64,000 nt of DNA from Eledone cirrhosa (taxonomy: Eukaryota), in the NCBI GenBank assembly GCA_964016885.1, contig OZ024746.1, positions 66,278,001-66,342,000 on the forward strand, in the 5' to 3' direction. A program made the translations under genes and the position numbers. Below, piece by piece: positions 13,968-29,497 of the stretch. Below the pieces are notes generated by a model. It ran no database searches. It worked only from the letters and a program-made list of their open reading frames with translations, and had not been told where the DNA came from. How positions within the stretch are numbered: position 1 is the stretch's first letter; each line of letters opens with the position of its first letter.

Positions 13968-14200
13968 CGACCACTTATTCCTGAGAAGGTCTTGTGGGTA
14001 GACTCCACAAACAATCCTTCTAATAGGTCCTGGCCAAAGATATCGTCACCAATTGATCCGGCTGGATCCCCGAGCAAGATCACCCAAGCTCATGTATTTT
14101 ATTCATCTTGCTCAGGGTCTACTCCTGGGTCTCCTGCCGATTGGTTTTGCCATGAAAATCTGGAAACATACCAGATCCAGGCGCCCAGTCTCGTTCTCTT
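13968..14200 (-). mobile_element. RTE (Expander/Rex3-like) 3' fragment
   Basis: The minus strand reads ..ggcaaaaccaatcggcaggagacccaggagtagaccc.. (AKPIGRRPRSRP) and ends ..cttctcaggaataagtgg, similar to the 3' end at 45200-45230. Confidence 0.6.
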
Positions 14201-14520
14201 CTAGACCCAAGACTTCAACTCTGTCAAAGAGATGAGCTGCGGAATGGCCTGTCTCAAGAACGGTGAAGAGGTCTGTTCAATGTTTAAGCAGATTATCTGA
14301 AAAAGCCGCATCCTCGGCACATTATTGCGCATCATTACCCATGGCATGCCCAACCCTCCGCGTAGAGTGAGCTGGCAGGAGTTGGACCGCATCGCCAACG
14401 GAAACTGTTCCCTCCACAAGATGTTGAAGAGGAGCCGATCCAATTTAGTGAGGTGCGAACGGATGGAAGACACGGATGAGAGAAATCAAAGGAACACTGA
14501 CGAAAACTTAAGAAGTGGAA
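14201..14520 (-). mobile_element. L1/Tx1-like LINE ORF2 fragment
   Basis: LTKLDRLLFNILWREQFPLAMRSNSCQLTLRGGLGMPW matches the post-RT FxW...GGLGxP motif of L1/Tx1 ORF2. Confidence 0.65.
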
Positions 14521-15396
14521 CGCTCAACAGTGCTATAAAAACATGCCAAACAAGAACAATAGGGCTCAAATGATAACAGAGAAATAAGGTCCCTGTCCAT
14601 TGAAATAACTGACATAACACCCAGACTATTTACGGAGGCCACTCACATAGTAGAAGATAGTCCTAGCCTTAACGGAAAACAATAGCAAACCGCAGCTTAA
14701 TGACTGAAGATAGAAAAAGGACACACACAGGAAATGATACAAACCCACACACACACATACAACACACGTAGACATGACAAACACAATAATGCATGCACAT
14801 ATCCTTAGAGGCAAGCTCAAAAGATTGAACACACACACAAAAACAAACATACCGCAATACAACGTCAAGATCGAGTAGGAGTTTAAGACCAGAATAAAAA
14901 ATAGATAATCACGGAGGACGTCACAGAAATTGTGACAAAAGACCTTTGATACAAAATGAACAACGAACAATCAGGATCAAGTGAATATAGTATAGTGCAT
15001 GTGTTTCTTTCTAATGGCATTTTAGGCAATATGACTATCAACGAATATAACAATAGAGAAAGGGAGGTTATGATGAATATGAGATTTATTACTGTTAACA
15101 TCGTAGTACATGGATTATTTGTAGCATCTGAGAGGGCATCTGTTCAAAAGAAAGTACATGCACTCCCCATTTTAGCAACGATTCAGCACTTTCTCGTCTG
15201 AATTGCCTTCTAAATCTTATATATCCGTGCTTGTATTCTGTGATTTATAAACGGAATGTTATGTTTTATATATGTATATCATATTTTATGCTGAATACAC
15301 CGAAGGTTTATTTGCTGTAATAAGGATCAATGTATATTTGCAATGCAAATACGTATATAAATTCCAGCCTTTATATATACATTCATAAATTCAATC

Positions 15397-15461
15397 CTAC
15401 ATACATACATACATACATACATACATACATACATACATACATACATACATACATACATACA
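15397..15461. repeat. (TACA)n tetranucleotide microsatellite
   Basis: Directly visible. Confidence 0.95.
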
Positions 15462-16662
15462 TGCTTTTGTGTGCACACTCCATTCTATATCTCCAAACAT
15501 ATATGCAGAGAGATTTGTGCATTTACTAAACTATCATACATGCAATCTCTCTAAGCACACATTGCAATACACACGGACGCCTATTGATATTCGCTATCAC
15601 ATCCACACAGTGTCTCTCACGTATACACACACTCACGTGCAGGTATCTAGAAAGCTTAAAACCGCCCATGTTCAACTTATATACGCTTAAATTGATGCAA
15701 AAGCTCTACTAGTGTGATTATATGTCCTTTTTCGTGAGCGCTAGGAAATATTTCCAGCATACGTATGCTGAAGATTTATTTCAAATCCTTTCAGCCTAAA
15801 TCAGATTGATCCTATAAGTATCAAATGAAATATGATTATCTGAAATATTTTTGCTTTCAGAATGCTGACATTCCGTGTTCCGGAAATTATTAATCAGTTT
15901 CTGTACTTCTTGGTACATTTCCACTCGAAAACACATTTAATCTAACCCTTCATATCTCACCCAAACACAAAATGTACATAAAATATATGTGTTATATATT
16001 AAAAAAGATTTCCATTGATAGCGTTAAAATATACATCTTATAGTCGTGGTTAAAAATTTGGAAGTTTTAGTGAACCGCCGCTCTTCCTTATCCTCCTAAT
16101 GTATATAGAGTTATTATGCCGTAATAATTTACTTGTATAGGAGAGCAAATCCTATTCTATTTCTCTCATTGTGGCTAATAATTGGTTATGATTATATCGT
16201 TTATTATACGATTATTTCACTTTTGTCTAACAACAGAAGTGATTTATCTGATAGATCCTGAAACTCGATGACGTGATTCCGCGGTACATACATGTCAATA
16301 TTACTTTCGCAACTCTGTACATACATATGTATATGGACTATTTATGGTGACGTTTGCATAATTCATTGCAAGATATGTTAAATGTTGCTTTGTGCTACCG
16401 TTTTGATTTGTGTTTTGTGAAACATATTATAAATATTTATAAATATACATTCCATTAGAAATGCAGGTATGAATGTATATAACATGATTTGACAAAGCGT
16501 AAACATGAAGCAACCATAGTCCTATATTGAATGATATACAAGGTGTTCATGTAAATGGACATCGTTATGGCCTCGCTATGGATTTTGAAAAGCTGCGACA
16601 TTTCACTGCTCTCTTAAGTAACAAAGGGTGAACACCTGACGGTGTCGGTTGTGCTTCATTAA

Positions 16663-16852
16663 CCGTCGTCAACGAGGGTTATTCTGCTAAGGAAAAAATA
16701 AGCTAAAAGCTACAGTTTATTCATGTGAGCTCACCAGCCTTTGCTCTTTATGCAATTGAACTTTATCAGTCGATCTTCATAAGCATAAAATCTATAAGGT
16801 TTTAGCTTATTTCGTTTTTGCTCCCAATAGGGTTACGCCTCTCTGGCGACGG
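16663..16852. mobile_element. Putative piggyBac-type MITE (190 bp) with TTAA flanks
   Basis: TTAA-ccgtcgtca...tggcgacgg-TTAA, plus an internal inverted pair aaataagctaaaa/ttttagcttattt. No ORF. Confidence 0.6.
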
Positions 16853-17004
16853 TTAATTTAGCAGAAACATTACTGTTAGCTTTCTGTCCATTTGTTATTC
16901 AGAATAGCAGAGACACGGCACAACTTTATAATAGCTAGAGCGAAATTATAAGGTCGTTTTTATTTACATAATCTCATCATACACGATTCAATGTACACCT
17001 TGGG

Positions 17005-17399
17005 CAGTGTCCAAGTTTCAGACCCGTACAGCAGCACAGACACCACTACAGCAATGAAGAGGCGGATTTTCAGGTCTTTACGAAGGTCCGACTTCCACAC
17101 CGATCAGAAGATGTGGAACGCCGCCCAGTATTTGCTCTTCCTTTCAACCACATCATCTTCCGTATTCCCAATATTTGCTCCCAAATACAGGAAGTCCTCA
17201 ACCAATTCTAGCGACTTGCCGCCTACATTAGTAATCCCCTCTGATTTGTCAAAATTCTCTACCAGATATTTTGTGTTAGTCTCATTCATTCTCAGCCCCA
17301 CACACATCGACACAGTCTCAACCTCCTGCATCAAATCCTCTGCCTCCTTCAGTGTATTTGTCACCAAAACTATGTCGTCGGCAAATTCAGCATCCGATA
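17005..17399 (-). mobile_element. Internal RT fragment of the RTE-group LINE at 60.6-62.5 kb
   Basis: ORF 17104..17367 ([37 protein letters not shown]...) is nearly identical to part of 61573..62514. It abuts a long (TA)n tract. Confidence 0.92.
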
Positions 17400-17408
17400 T
17401 CTAAATAT

Positions 17409-17462
<54 letters not shown>

Positions 17463-17482
17463 ATATATATATATATATATCG

Positions 17483-17519
<37 letters not shown>

Positions 17520-17530
17520 TGTATATATAT

Positions 17531-17594
<64 letters not shown>

Positions 17595-19026
17595 CATATA
17601 TATATGTGTGTGTGTGGTTGCGTGTGTGTATGTGTGCGTGCGTGTGTATGCGTATGCATTATGGTTGTTTGAGTGTATCATGTATACTCATGTGTATTTT
17701 GTATACTCTCATCTAAGTACTGGTTTCATATAATCGAAACCAAATCTGTGTGTATTACATCATGGCCTTTGTCCAATGACAAATCAGTAGAATTGTAAAA
17801 GATCACGGTGAATCAAATTTAGAAGAAAAAGGGTAATATAAGTTGATGAATGTTTTTCGAACACCATACATATTTTATCAATTCAGTTAGCTTTTTTTGT
17901 TAAAATATGTTTTGTTTTTTAAATTCACATACACATCAAATTTGAATTAGAGAAGCTAGTTCCTAATCTGTATTTATTTTTGATATGAAGACATTATATG
18001 TCCTACAAGTGGTAGAATTCTAAGTATTCATAGCATAATATATTTCTACTATAAACACACGTACAACAATGCGCATTAAGCTTTAGTAATTCATTACCGC
18101 GTTTAATGCTATATTATTCCAATTAATGCTGTAGATATCCAAATTGAGTGTGTGTTCATAGAAGACACATGTGCCGATAAAAGAAACTAGAATATAATTG
18201 ATTTCCCCAAGTGACACAATTACATCGTTCAGCTGATCGACTATACCAAATTGTCCACTCTTCACAGATATATTATACTCTACTGGATTCCCCTCCAGAA
18301 ATAACTATTTGTTATTTATTTATCCAAATGATTTATCATGGCTATTGTTTACTCCGTTCGGAAAGAAAATAGATTGCTTTCGTATAAACAGGTATGGATT
18401 TTTACATTGCTCCGTTGATATCGTCGACACCTCTCTTTCTCACAAGGACGTATTTTCCTCATATTATCGTGTAAGAATAAAAATAAATATTGCCTTTTAA
18501 CGTAATATCGTTAACTCTTTTTAACTGTAGGCGTTTTTGCCATTATTATAAATAAAAGGAATTTAAAAACTTTTACTCAATACATATTATTGCATTCTAT
18601 TTAGTCTCATTCATCGACCCTCTTCCTAGCTATCAGGGAAGTAGAAGGAAATACAAACAAGAAAGCAAATAAGGTTTATTTACTATCCATCTGATAACTG
18701 ATATGCGAAATATCGCACAGAGAGTTCATGTTAACTAAAGGAGGCTATCTAGAAATATATGTGGAGTATAGAATAAATAACCCAAACAATATTAAGCAAT
18801 GACGAATATTAATATAATGTTCGTTGTATATTTCTGTGAAATTCTTATCGTATCGGTAACACGTAATCTTCATTGTAGTCAGTGAAGTAAATGCACAATA
18901 TAATGCAAACTTTTGCATAGGAGGAGGCTTTTGTTTAGAAATGAATCTACATTATCTGTATAAATTAACAATAAGTGAGTGTTAACATATATAAAGTACA
19001 AATCATAAACAAAATTTCAAAACATT

Positions 19027-19137
19027 AATCCCGCCGAGGTTAACTTTGCCTTTCATCCTTACGGGGTCGATAAAATAAAGTACCAGTAATACTCTGGGAT
19101 AATTATTGGCCTTGTGCCAAAAGTAGAAACAATTATT
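19027..19137 (+). mobile_element. Nin/Deu-domain SINE, 5'-truncated
   Basis: gccgaggttaactttgcctttcatccttacggggtcgataaaataaagtacc, repeated about 11 times in this window. Confidence 0.88.
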
Positions 19138-22100
19138 ACGAAGGGATATATTTCACTGGAGGGCAATGTTATGTAATACAAAGTATGTAAGGTCTCTGCC
19201 TCGTAAACGTATTATAGACAGTAGAAACAGGCAGAACCAAATGTAAGAAATAATAGCATTTGGACTTCCGACATTTTCTAAATAATCTCACATTATCCAG
19301 TGCTTCAATAACTAGCATACACAGTTTATTGTTATCCAAGGTCTTAAGTACGGCTATTGTATCACCGTAGCAGCTGTTGGTCACTTTTCACAAGAGATAG
19401 CCTTATGTCGCCCTATTCTCTAAACTATTATTTATAGCAATCAACTGTTACGTTTTGTGTTTTGCATTCCTACATAAAGAATTTCAGAATACCTAAAGTC
19501 TCCATACTTTAGTTAAATGTTTTATTTACATCCAAATACTTCAGTATAGCTATCTTATTCCGGGGGAATTAGTGGCCAGATGTTCCTTGGCTCAATTGTT
19601 ACATCACTCGAACGGAATTTGATATATACAGCTTCTTTCGATATATATACCTATTTCCCCCGATCCTTTATGCTATTATTATTTATAGTAAGTGACAGTG
19701 TTTCCACTTAGTTTCTGCGTAAGGCCTGTAGTGTTCAGCTTGAACAACAATAGGGCTACGTATGCAGAATAAAAAAAAACATAGACTTGATTCCACACGA
19801 CGAAATTCTGGGGACGCTGGATTCTAATCATGTTTAGTGCGGCTCTGGTAGGTGTGGAACATAGTAATCATTTTGAATGTAAGGGGGCAAAGGAATGAAG
19901 CCAGATAGAGATAAGGGGAATTTCCGCGTGAATGAGGCATTGTTAGTTTGGCTAGAATGAAATAAGAGAACAAAGAAATGTCTATCTAGTGGCTGAAATA
20001 ACTTTATAGTAAATTTAGTCACCAACTGATATTACTCGCCTTATTTCGGCATGCACCGATGAAAACTACGAACGGATTTTGTTCTTATTAGCAATCACAG
20101 CCGGGAAGAATAAATGTCAATGTACTTTCAATAAAAGTATTATGGGATAGTAATATGAAGCGTAAACTGATCGTTGTCGAAAACTAGGATTATTTAGGCA
20201 TCCCATTACATGAAAAACAAGTATGTATTGCAAATAACTTGTGGTACTTGTTCAGGCTTCTGCACTTTAAGTTTAGCTTTTCTGTTTATCATTTCAAGCA
20301 CGACAGATAAATTACCGATCTAGCGTCATAAATATGATAGGATCATTGAACAAGAGGCTTTGGGTAGCTATTGAACCATTGAACCTTGTAATTTTTAATC
20401 GTACAATCTGCCGCACAAAATATGGGAATCCCATAGGCATGTAATTCTTATAATTGTAATACGCCAGACATTTCCTCTTAGATGCAACCTCATACGAAGT
20501 CGACGAAACCTCTTCTTGTGTGAGCCATAATAGCAATGATAAATAACTGATATGTATACAATTATTATTCCATAATTAGAACCTTAGATTTTACTAATTA
20601 TCACTAACAACTGTGAGGTACATTACTGAAAAATAAAGATGAAATAAGGCTTGTCGAGGCCTGCTGTAAATATATGATAGGCATCCTCGTTAAGAATTCC
20701 ACAGTAATTTTATCAAAATTGAAGATGTTTATACTGAAATATTAACACACACTAGTAAATGATCCAAACTCCACATATTTATACATGTATACGGAATATA
20801 TTATCTTTGCAATAGAAGCAGTTGCTTAATTGATCGTATTCTCTCGTAATGGGTAAAACCATATTTCTTAGGAAACTCAATTTTCAAACATTTCCTTTTA
20901 TTTATCTATATATTTATTTATTTTGAACATTGAATATAGTTTCGCAATGGCAGTCTACAATGAGTTTGGTTTATATTCTCCAAATGATACAATACATACT
21001 TAATTAGCAATGTAATACTGAATGCATCATGTAAATTTTATATATCCGTTTCTCATTCATCTAAATTTCTATGATGGATTTTCCTTTTCGTATTATTGGT
21101 TGATTCATATACATTCAAATTTACATAAAGAATGCAGTATTCTGATACAAATCCCATAACCAGTATAATATTTTTTTCCTAATATTGCCAAACACACATA
21201 TATGAAAATGCAAACAGAATCAAAGAAACACATAAACAAATGCTAAACCTTAAATAATATCACTCATATGTTTGTGTAAACTCCCGTACATAGAAACGCA
21301 AACAAGCATATACATCGCAGTTATCACATACATACGATTGTAAAGTTCAATATATCAAAAATCAGCTTCATGTGTTTGTTCTATGATTCTCTCTGTAGCA
21401 AAATGTATAATATTTAACATTGGAACTCTTCGATGTACGTATACTTGGGAAATCTGATGCTAACTATATTTCAAGAAAATCTAGCTTATGATGAATTGCT
21501 TGTCAAAACTGTTTTCAAACATTAGCGACTTCGAGATAGAGCGTGTGATTAGGGTCTGCAGTAAGCCCAGTATAAACAGAGAAATTGTTGTCTTATATCA
21601 TTCTGCAAACTACAATGATATAGATAGTGGATATATCTTCATTATATTACAGTTACTATGACAACATTTAGTCTAGATATGGTTTCACAATAATCTTTAA
21701 ATTAGTATCTTGATTTCGTTTTAAATCCCTCTCGCCTAACCATCAAAAACTTAGAGAGAAGAGAATAACTAAAGAAAACTTTTTACTAATTCTGTGTTAA
21801 CTCTCCACCCCCGAGGACTTTTCTAAGAATCATTTAACGTAGATATCTTGTGTACAATGAACATAAATAAATAAAGTAGATTCTCAAATAAATCATACTT
21901 TCCAAAATCTACTACATAGTGCAAATCTACTACGAATCTACTACAAATATTTGGTTCAGAGTATGTAAGTGGATACAAATTTCTAATAATGCAGTCTTAC
22001 CAGAAGCGCTACAATAGCAATAGGTATGTGTTTGTGTTATTTATTTAACATTGTCTGTTGCACACATAACGTTGTCAAAAATACCATATGTAAAAGCTAC

Positions 22101-22899
22101 GATTAAATACATGTTTACAGAGACCGTACAACCATTCAACAAATGAATATTTATTAATGTCAAGTTTGCCTCGCAAAAGCTTCAATAAAATTAGGACATA
22201 AAGTAATTGATAAATATATGTAAATTTTTAACAATGATATAATCTGAAAAAAACACATTTGCGACTGTTTGATTGTGAAAGCTTTCTCATTGGAGAATTG
22301 GAAGTTTGTTGGAGAAACGTCAGATGAATATTGTGAATGAGATTGTTTCTTAGACAAATTATTCCAAAATATGGAGTGTTGATTCTACGAGCTGTGGACG
22401 AGGATTCACGTAAATAGGATTATACCCTATCTGCTCATCAATGCTTGTCAATTATGCTGCAAGTGTCAATGAATTTTTCGACCGATTTCGTGACTATACA
22501 TTTATGTTGTGATTGTTTTACCATGATTCGAAACGCTGCAAATGAGACATCAATTTGAGGACAACCAAGAATCATCATTACTTTCTGTGGTGCAAATGTC
22601 AACTTTCGAAAAAGGTTAGGAACTTCATCTCAGCTGAAACAAAAACTCAACATCGTCGGTTATTTTATAGGGTATAGGGTCAACTTCATAACACATTATG
22701 CAGCCAGGAAATATGTTGTTATAGATGTACAAAATAATCAAAGCGTATGCCACATATCGGCACTTTCATTCGGCACATTTCTCTATTTTCTCTATTTTCT
22801 TAGCTTTTCTAATTCACTTCAGAGAATGTTACAATGCTTAAATGTACATCTCCATAAACTCTGCAGTAAAGAGCATAACTTTAGATCTCATATCAAAGC

Positions 22900-23450
22900 A
22901 TGGTTCATCCAGCTTGGATGACCTCATTTGATGACTGCAACGTGCATGCACCTAGAGTTGACCAAACGGACCAAACTTTTCTATCCGCCTCCTACTCGTC
23001 AGCCCCTTTAGCACCCACCTTTCTTATTATTTACTTACCAACCCATTATTCTACACTTCTGGCATCGTATATCTCAATATTTCCGAAACCTTCTGTCACA
23101 TGCCCTCATTTCACCATTCTGTTCCAACCCATCAATCACTGCCCTAAAAGCTGTCATTCCTTACCAACATGATCTCACTCATCAGTCAGACACATCCCTT
23201 TATCCACATCCATTACTTTTTCAACAGTACTTCCACCAACATCTTCTCTGACCTATGGTGTTCATCCTGTAGGTCCATCTCCGTGAAGAAGGCAGTTCGC
23301 CAAGTTACAGAACAACTGAAGTCCATCCATACAGATTGGCAATGACGTACACACACCTATCTGTTTCCGGCATATTCTCACAAATTCCATCCCCTAACCA
23401 ACCGCTTCAGGTCAAAGGAAAAATGGATATTTTAAGTGCGAACTATACTC
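22900..23450 (-). mobile_element. Highly degenerate LINE remnant (probably RTE)
   Basis: Purine-rich minus strand with faint RT C-terminal-like peptides. No intact motif. Confidence 0.3.
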
Positions 23451-23693
23451 TCGAAAGAGCGTATTCCTCCATCATAGTTACTCTTAACGTAATATATTTT
23501 TGCTCACACATAAACGCACGAATTAGCCTTTTCTGAACAGCAACCTATTCATACATAAAATATATACAAACATACGCATGCACTGTTCATTCATACAGCC
23601 AAAAATAGTTTCCCATGACCACTCCACACAATTTATACGAACTTTTCTATCTTCGCCATTTGCCTATATATTTATGTCTATGCATATGTATTT

Positions 23694-23830
<137 letters not shown>

Positions 23831-25617
23831 GGGGCACCATTTTTACGGAAGTTTAACGGAAACCTGCGAGAATTACTTATCAGCTGATTTGACTGAAGTA
23901 ACTGGCATTAAAGTGAGTTGGTTAATGATAAAACGCAAAGAAAAATCGGAGTAACGAAGCTACGACCATCCGATTACGAGGCTGCGAGTGGTAAATGAAC
24001 ATGGTAACAGAATGAACACTATAAGCAGTTCCGACAGTTATCATTCGATATAATGTAATTCTGATACATTGCTAGGCATGTTGTGCTTTTACAAAATATT
24101 AATGAACATTTATTTCATTCTGATCCACACACATATGCAAACTTAATCGGACGTACGTACACACACGTAGAGAATTATAATTACAGCGACTACATAATGT
24201 CTGAAGCCTTTCCTTCGTTTGCGAGAGTGTATATGCATTTCAGCGAATATGCGCGCATGATTATGAATGTGTGTGAGTGCACGTGTTTTTCTATGGTTCT
24301 GTCTTCTACTGAATTTTATATGTTTTAGCTATTAAAAATTCCAACAAACAAATACTAACAGAAATATATAAATATCAATGTAACAGCAAAGATTACTTTT
24401 CCTCAAGTACTATTTTGATTCTAAACGATTTTGCCTAAAGGTTTTTTAATACCATTTAAGTTCATTTGATCATATTTAATTGAAAGACACCTAAATATTT
24501 CGACTTTCCAAAAATAAAGTAATCCTTGTCTATGTTTTCCTCTTTTGTTCTTTTTGTCGCAGTAATTCACATAAGAGCTATGCTGTTACTGAGGAGTTGC
24601 TGTGCACTTTTAATCAGACCTTTTCATATATCAGGGGGGATGTTTCTCTCAGACTGTACAATCTTCTTAGTAACTGAAGCAGATGAATATTCTTCATTCA
24701 GAATAAGAAGATACGTACTTTGTAATCCGAACCTCTAATGCTCTGCTTAAATATGTATGTATACTTGTATATATGTAATCTTTGGTGACATGTACTTTTA
24801 TAGATATCAAAAAGAGCTAATTCCTGTTTTAATAAAATGTACTATATATATTTGTTTGACCAAAAGAGGTTAAACCTAACATCATGTTGAGTCCCAAAAG
24901 TATATCATGTACACACACACAGTCGCATGTGTGTGTTTACGTACGTGATGTACTTTTTAAAACACATGCAGATCCCGCTCAAATGGTACTAACGTATTTA
25001 ATTACAGCTTAGATTGAAACATTTTAACTATATTGAATGCAAAGTTATGGCCTTCATGTATTTCCGATCGTTGATATTGAAGTAAATTAGCTAAAACAAG
25101 AAAAGACAAATTTTAATATAGGCTCTATTTTCAGAACGATTTTCTAGCTCTAATTCAACCACATAGTCTGCATTTTTACATATAATTTTTACATATAATT
25201 GCAAATCTATTTGAAAAGTCTACAGACGTAGTGAAGAAACAAGTTGTTTTTTTTTATTGTTTTTTTAATAAAATTACTTTTTAACGACTGTTGAATGTTA
25301 TACACGACAATTTATACGCTGGTGAAGAATTAATTTTACTTCCAGTGTTTACTTTACAATCATCAATCATTTTCGAAAGACGTTATTTCTTAGTTGTCAT
25401 ATAACAAATATTTGATGTTTTTATTTATTTGAACAGGGATGCCAAATATTTTCCTATCAAAATTTACGAAATTTCCTGAATTATATATTTTTTCCGTTTC
25501 AATTTTTTTTTCATTTACGTGATTACCTATTAAGGAAATATTAAAATTTAAAGGGAATTCTTATTTCACGACGATCAAATCCAACCAAAGTTTTATATCT
25601 TCGAGTTTGAAATATAT

Positions 25618-25797
25618 TTGTTTCTACTTTAGGCACAAGGCCAGCAATTACCCAGTGCATTACTGGTACTTTATTTTATCGAGCCCGTAAGGATGAAAGG
25701 CAAAGTCAACCTCGGCGGGATTTGAACTCAGATCGTAAAGGGACGTAACTATGCTAGAAAGCATGGCGTCCGACCCTCTACCGATACTGCCTGCTTC
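25618..25797 (-). mobile_element. tRNA-derived Nin/Deu-domain SINE, near full length
   Basis: On the minus strand: A-box-like ggcagtatcggtaga, B-box gagttcaaatccc, then the shared central domain and tail. Confidence 0.9.
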
Positions 25798-26319
25798 CCA
25801 CATCCCAAAAGAAATGTTATCTGAAATGAATCAAAGGTAATAAAAAATCATAAATCTATTTTTATAAAATTATGAAAACATTTCTAACTCTAGACTTTCT
25901 TTAATCTAAGTAAATCCCCAATTGGACATATTGAGAAGTCTCTCACCACGGTTCATCTTTATTGAAACATTGGTTATGCATAGCAATAGGGTATTTAAAC
26001 TTGTTATTCTAATATAGTAGACAATATTATTAATCCGTCTGAATACTTGTAGGATTAAAATATATTATACAGAGTATAAAATGCAGTGAGACTTGAAAAG
26101 CACGTAAGCTCTTTGATATTAGTTTGAATAAACATTTCTCTGTAAGATAATTCTGTTATTGCGTATCATACAACATATTAAATGTCTAGACTGTTGGATA
26201 CAGTATTTGAGAACATGGTCGAAGTAAACTGATTTCGATCTAAGTTTAAACCAAACCACTTGAATTATATCAATAGCGGTAACTTTACGTACCTACTTAG
26301 CCTGCTAGAAATAAGCATC

Positions 26320-26457
<138 letters not shown>

Positions 26458-26642
26458 AATTAATTATCACAATATAATTATTCCATTATCCAAGGTTTCG
26501 CTAAATTAGACAATTCTAACAGAAATGTTGGGTAATGGAATAATATGGAGTTGTTTATTATATAATTAAATAATTCTGCACTATACACAGAACACTCTTT
26601 CTTTTATCTTTTCTACGGAAACATATAACATACACTTATATA

Positions 26643-26802
<160 letters not shown>

Positions 26803-27607
26803 GATGTGTATATTTATAAATAGTTGTGTGTGTATATAGACCTGGATGCTTATGTAAAGCCACAGTTATGCATATTATGTAATAACTTCACGTGGATCCG
26901 TGATCGATGCTTCTGCATATTTGTATTAACAAATACTGAATACGATACCATCAGGTTCAATATTACTTAGTGATTGAAATTTGTTGGACGTAAACTGTAC
27001 AGATACACATCATATTAGTGTCTGTATTTATATGGAAATAATTACTTGAAAAAATACACGGCGTAGATGCCGTGCATCTAACTTTCTCTAACTATTCCTT
27101 CGACAAATAAAGATTGTTATTATCAGACTAAAATGTAGACACAAAATATATGGTCTATTCAAATCACTTAAAACTGGTTCTCAAACAGGAACGCTTTATT
27201 GAAACCAGGAATATAATGAAAGTATATTACATATGTAGTAAGCACGCATGTGCATGTTAGCATAGAAAGAGAAATTCCCAAACATGCAGACTGACATCCA
27301 CCGTCCATGGACAATGCCATCGATTTTTGACAAGAGAACATAGTGGGATATTTTTTTAGCTTCAATATTATTATTGTCTTCGTTGTTTTTTGTTTTTTTC
27401 TGGTTGCAAACGTCTTTCTCTCTGATAGTGTTTACGAAGTATATGTGTGATCTGCTTTTTTATATGTATATATGTGTGTAAATACAAATGCTCTAAAAAC
27501 GTCACATGTCAATACAGTGCTCCTACAACTCTCGTGGAAGTTACAGGGCAATACATACATGCATTATATATATATATATTATATATATATATTATATATA
27601 TATATAA

Positions 27608-27790
27608 AGGGCGGTGGATTGGCAGTATCAGTAGAGTGTCGGATGCCATGCTTTCCAGCATAGTTACTTCCCTTTACGATCTGAGTTCAAATCTCGCCGA
27701 GGTTGACTTTGCCTTTCATTCTTACGGGGTCGATAAAATAAAGTACCAGTAATGCACTGGATAATTGCTGGCCTTGTGCCTCAAGTAGAA

Positions 27791-27797
<7 letters not shown>
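27608..27797 (+). mobile_element. tRNA-derived Nin/Deu-domain SINE, full length
   Basis: agggcggtggattggcagtatcagtaga (A box)...gagttcaaatctc (B box)...gccgaggttgactttgcctttcattcttacggggtcgataaaat...tail. Confidence 0.92.
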
Positions 27798-27839
<42 letters not shown>

Positions 27840-28846
27840 AGTATTTGAAAAAAGCAGTAAAGTTTCATATAAAACGAAGGTTAAAAAGTAAAGGTGAAAA
27901 AGCAGAGACATATATGCACACCACAAGCCAAAAAAAGGTATATATATTTTATCATCTTCTGCCACAAACAACAGACACTGAAATTCTGGCAGAGTTGGAC
28001 AATAGATACTTACACATATGAAAAATGCCATCTGAAACATTATTCTGAACATTAAGAGCATTTTCTATTTTTAACCAAGAGACCTTAATTGAATCCTGAC
28101 CTTATGATCACCACTTCCACCTTCACTACCGCTCCTTCATAAACATATATAAATAGCTTTTGACAGAGAATTCACATATATTGAAATTACTCACAGTATA
28201 TATAAAAAAAAAAAAAATAAAAAAATAAAAAAAAAAACGTTTTTGATATTTAATATTTGATAAGATTATTATACTATTATATATATTTTTATTACAATTC
28301 ATACGCTTAAAATGTAATACGCTCTACGCTGTCTTAGATTTCAGAGAATAGGCGTGTCAGCAATTGCAGGTTATATACACTGGGGCAGAAAGCATACTCT
28401 ATACTTATTTATTTGATCTCATATTTTTCTTTCTCTATCAGTTGAAGCAAAGAAATAGTTGTGAAAGCCAGGTTAATAATGAAAGTTTCCATTTCGGTTC
28501 CACATGTTCTTTTCATTTATAGATTTCTTCATCTTGCTTCGAATTATATATCGATAGGTATCTAAAATACAATTCTTTCATTTGCATGTTCTTTTTCTTT
28601 TCCTTTTAATGGTCTAAACTGATGTACATGTAATGTAGGTAATCCAGTTCCTTTTACAAATTGCAAGAATCTGTTGTTTTGCTGATGAAATATGTGAATT
28701 AAAATAGCATGTATACATGAAATGATTATTTAAGAGTTCAAATTGTTTCTTGCCTATTTCGTGATACAAAAGATATGTATAATATATATATAATATATTT
28801 ATATAATATATATAATATATATTATATATATATATATATATAAAAA

Positions 28847-28881
<35 letters not shown>

Positions 28882-28902
28882 TAGATACATATATATATAC
28901 AC

Positions 28903-28939
<37 letters not shown>

Positions 28940-29216
28940 TGTATATATATATATATATATGTATAATATATATATATATATATATATAATATATATATTT
29001 ATAACATATATATATATATATATATAAAATATATATACATATATAATATATATATATACATTTATATATATATATATATATAACCAAAGATTAATATGGT
29101 TCCTTGAATATAGTTTTACAATAGATTAAAATCACTCTACAGTGTGGTTTTCTGGAGTTATTAATATTATTCAAAATATTAATTAATGAAGAACTTTCAC
29201 ATAATCAAAATATCTG

Positions 29217-29278
29217 TTTTATTGTATATATTTCGAAGGTACTGTGCTGCTTCTTCAGTACGTCCTCGTCAGATAAAA
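29217..29278 (-). ncRNA. Type I hammerhead motif (U16.1 mutated to C)
   Basis: Minus strand: ttttat-CTGACGA-ggacgtactg-aagaagcagca-cagtaccttc-GAAA-tatata-CA-ataaaa. Confidence 0.65.
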
Positions 29279-29390
29279 TACATGAATTGATGTATGACAT
29301 ACCTCAACGGTCTTGATGGTTCAATTCCAGACTGCAATACTGGTATTGAACCATCAAACCGTTGAGATATGTCATACATCAATTCATGTA

Positions 29391-29452
29391 TTTTATCTGA
29401 CGAGGACATACTGAAAAAACAGCACAGTACCTTCGAAATATATATAATAAAA
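29391..29452 (+). ncRNA. Type I hammerhead ribozyme motif, intact core
   Basis: ttttat-CTGACGA-ggacatactg-aaaaaacagca-cagtaccttc-GAAA-tatata-TA-ataaaa. Stem I is 6 bp, stem II closes with G-C, stem III is palindromic and the triplet is AUA. Confidence 0.8.
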
Positions 29453-29497
29453 CATATATTTTGATTATGTGAAAGTTCTTCATTTATTAATATATTG

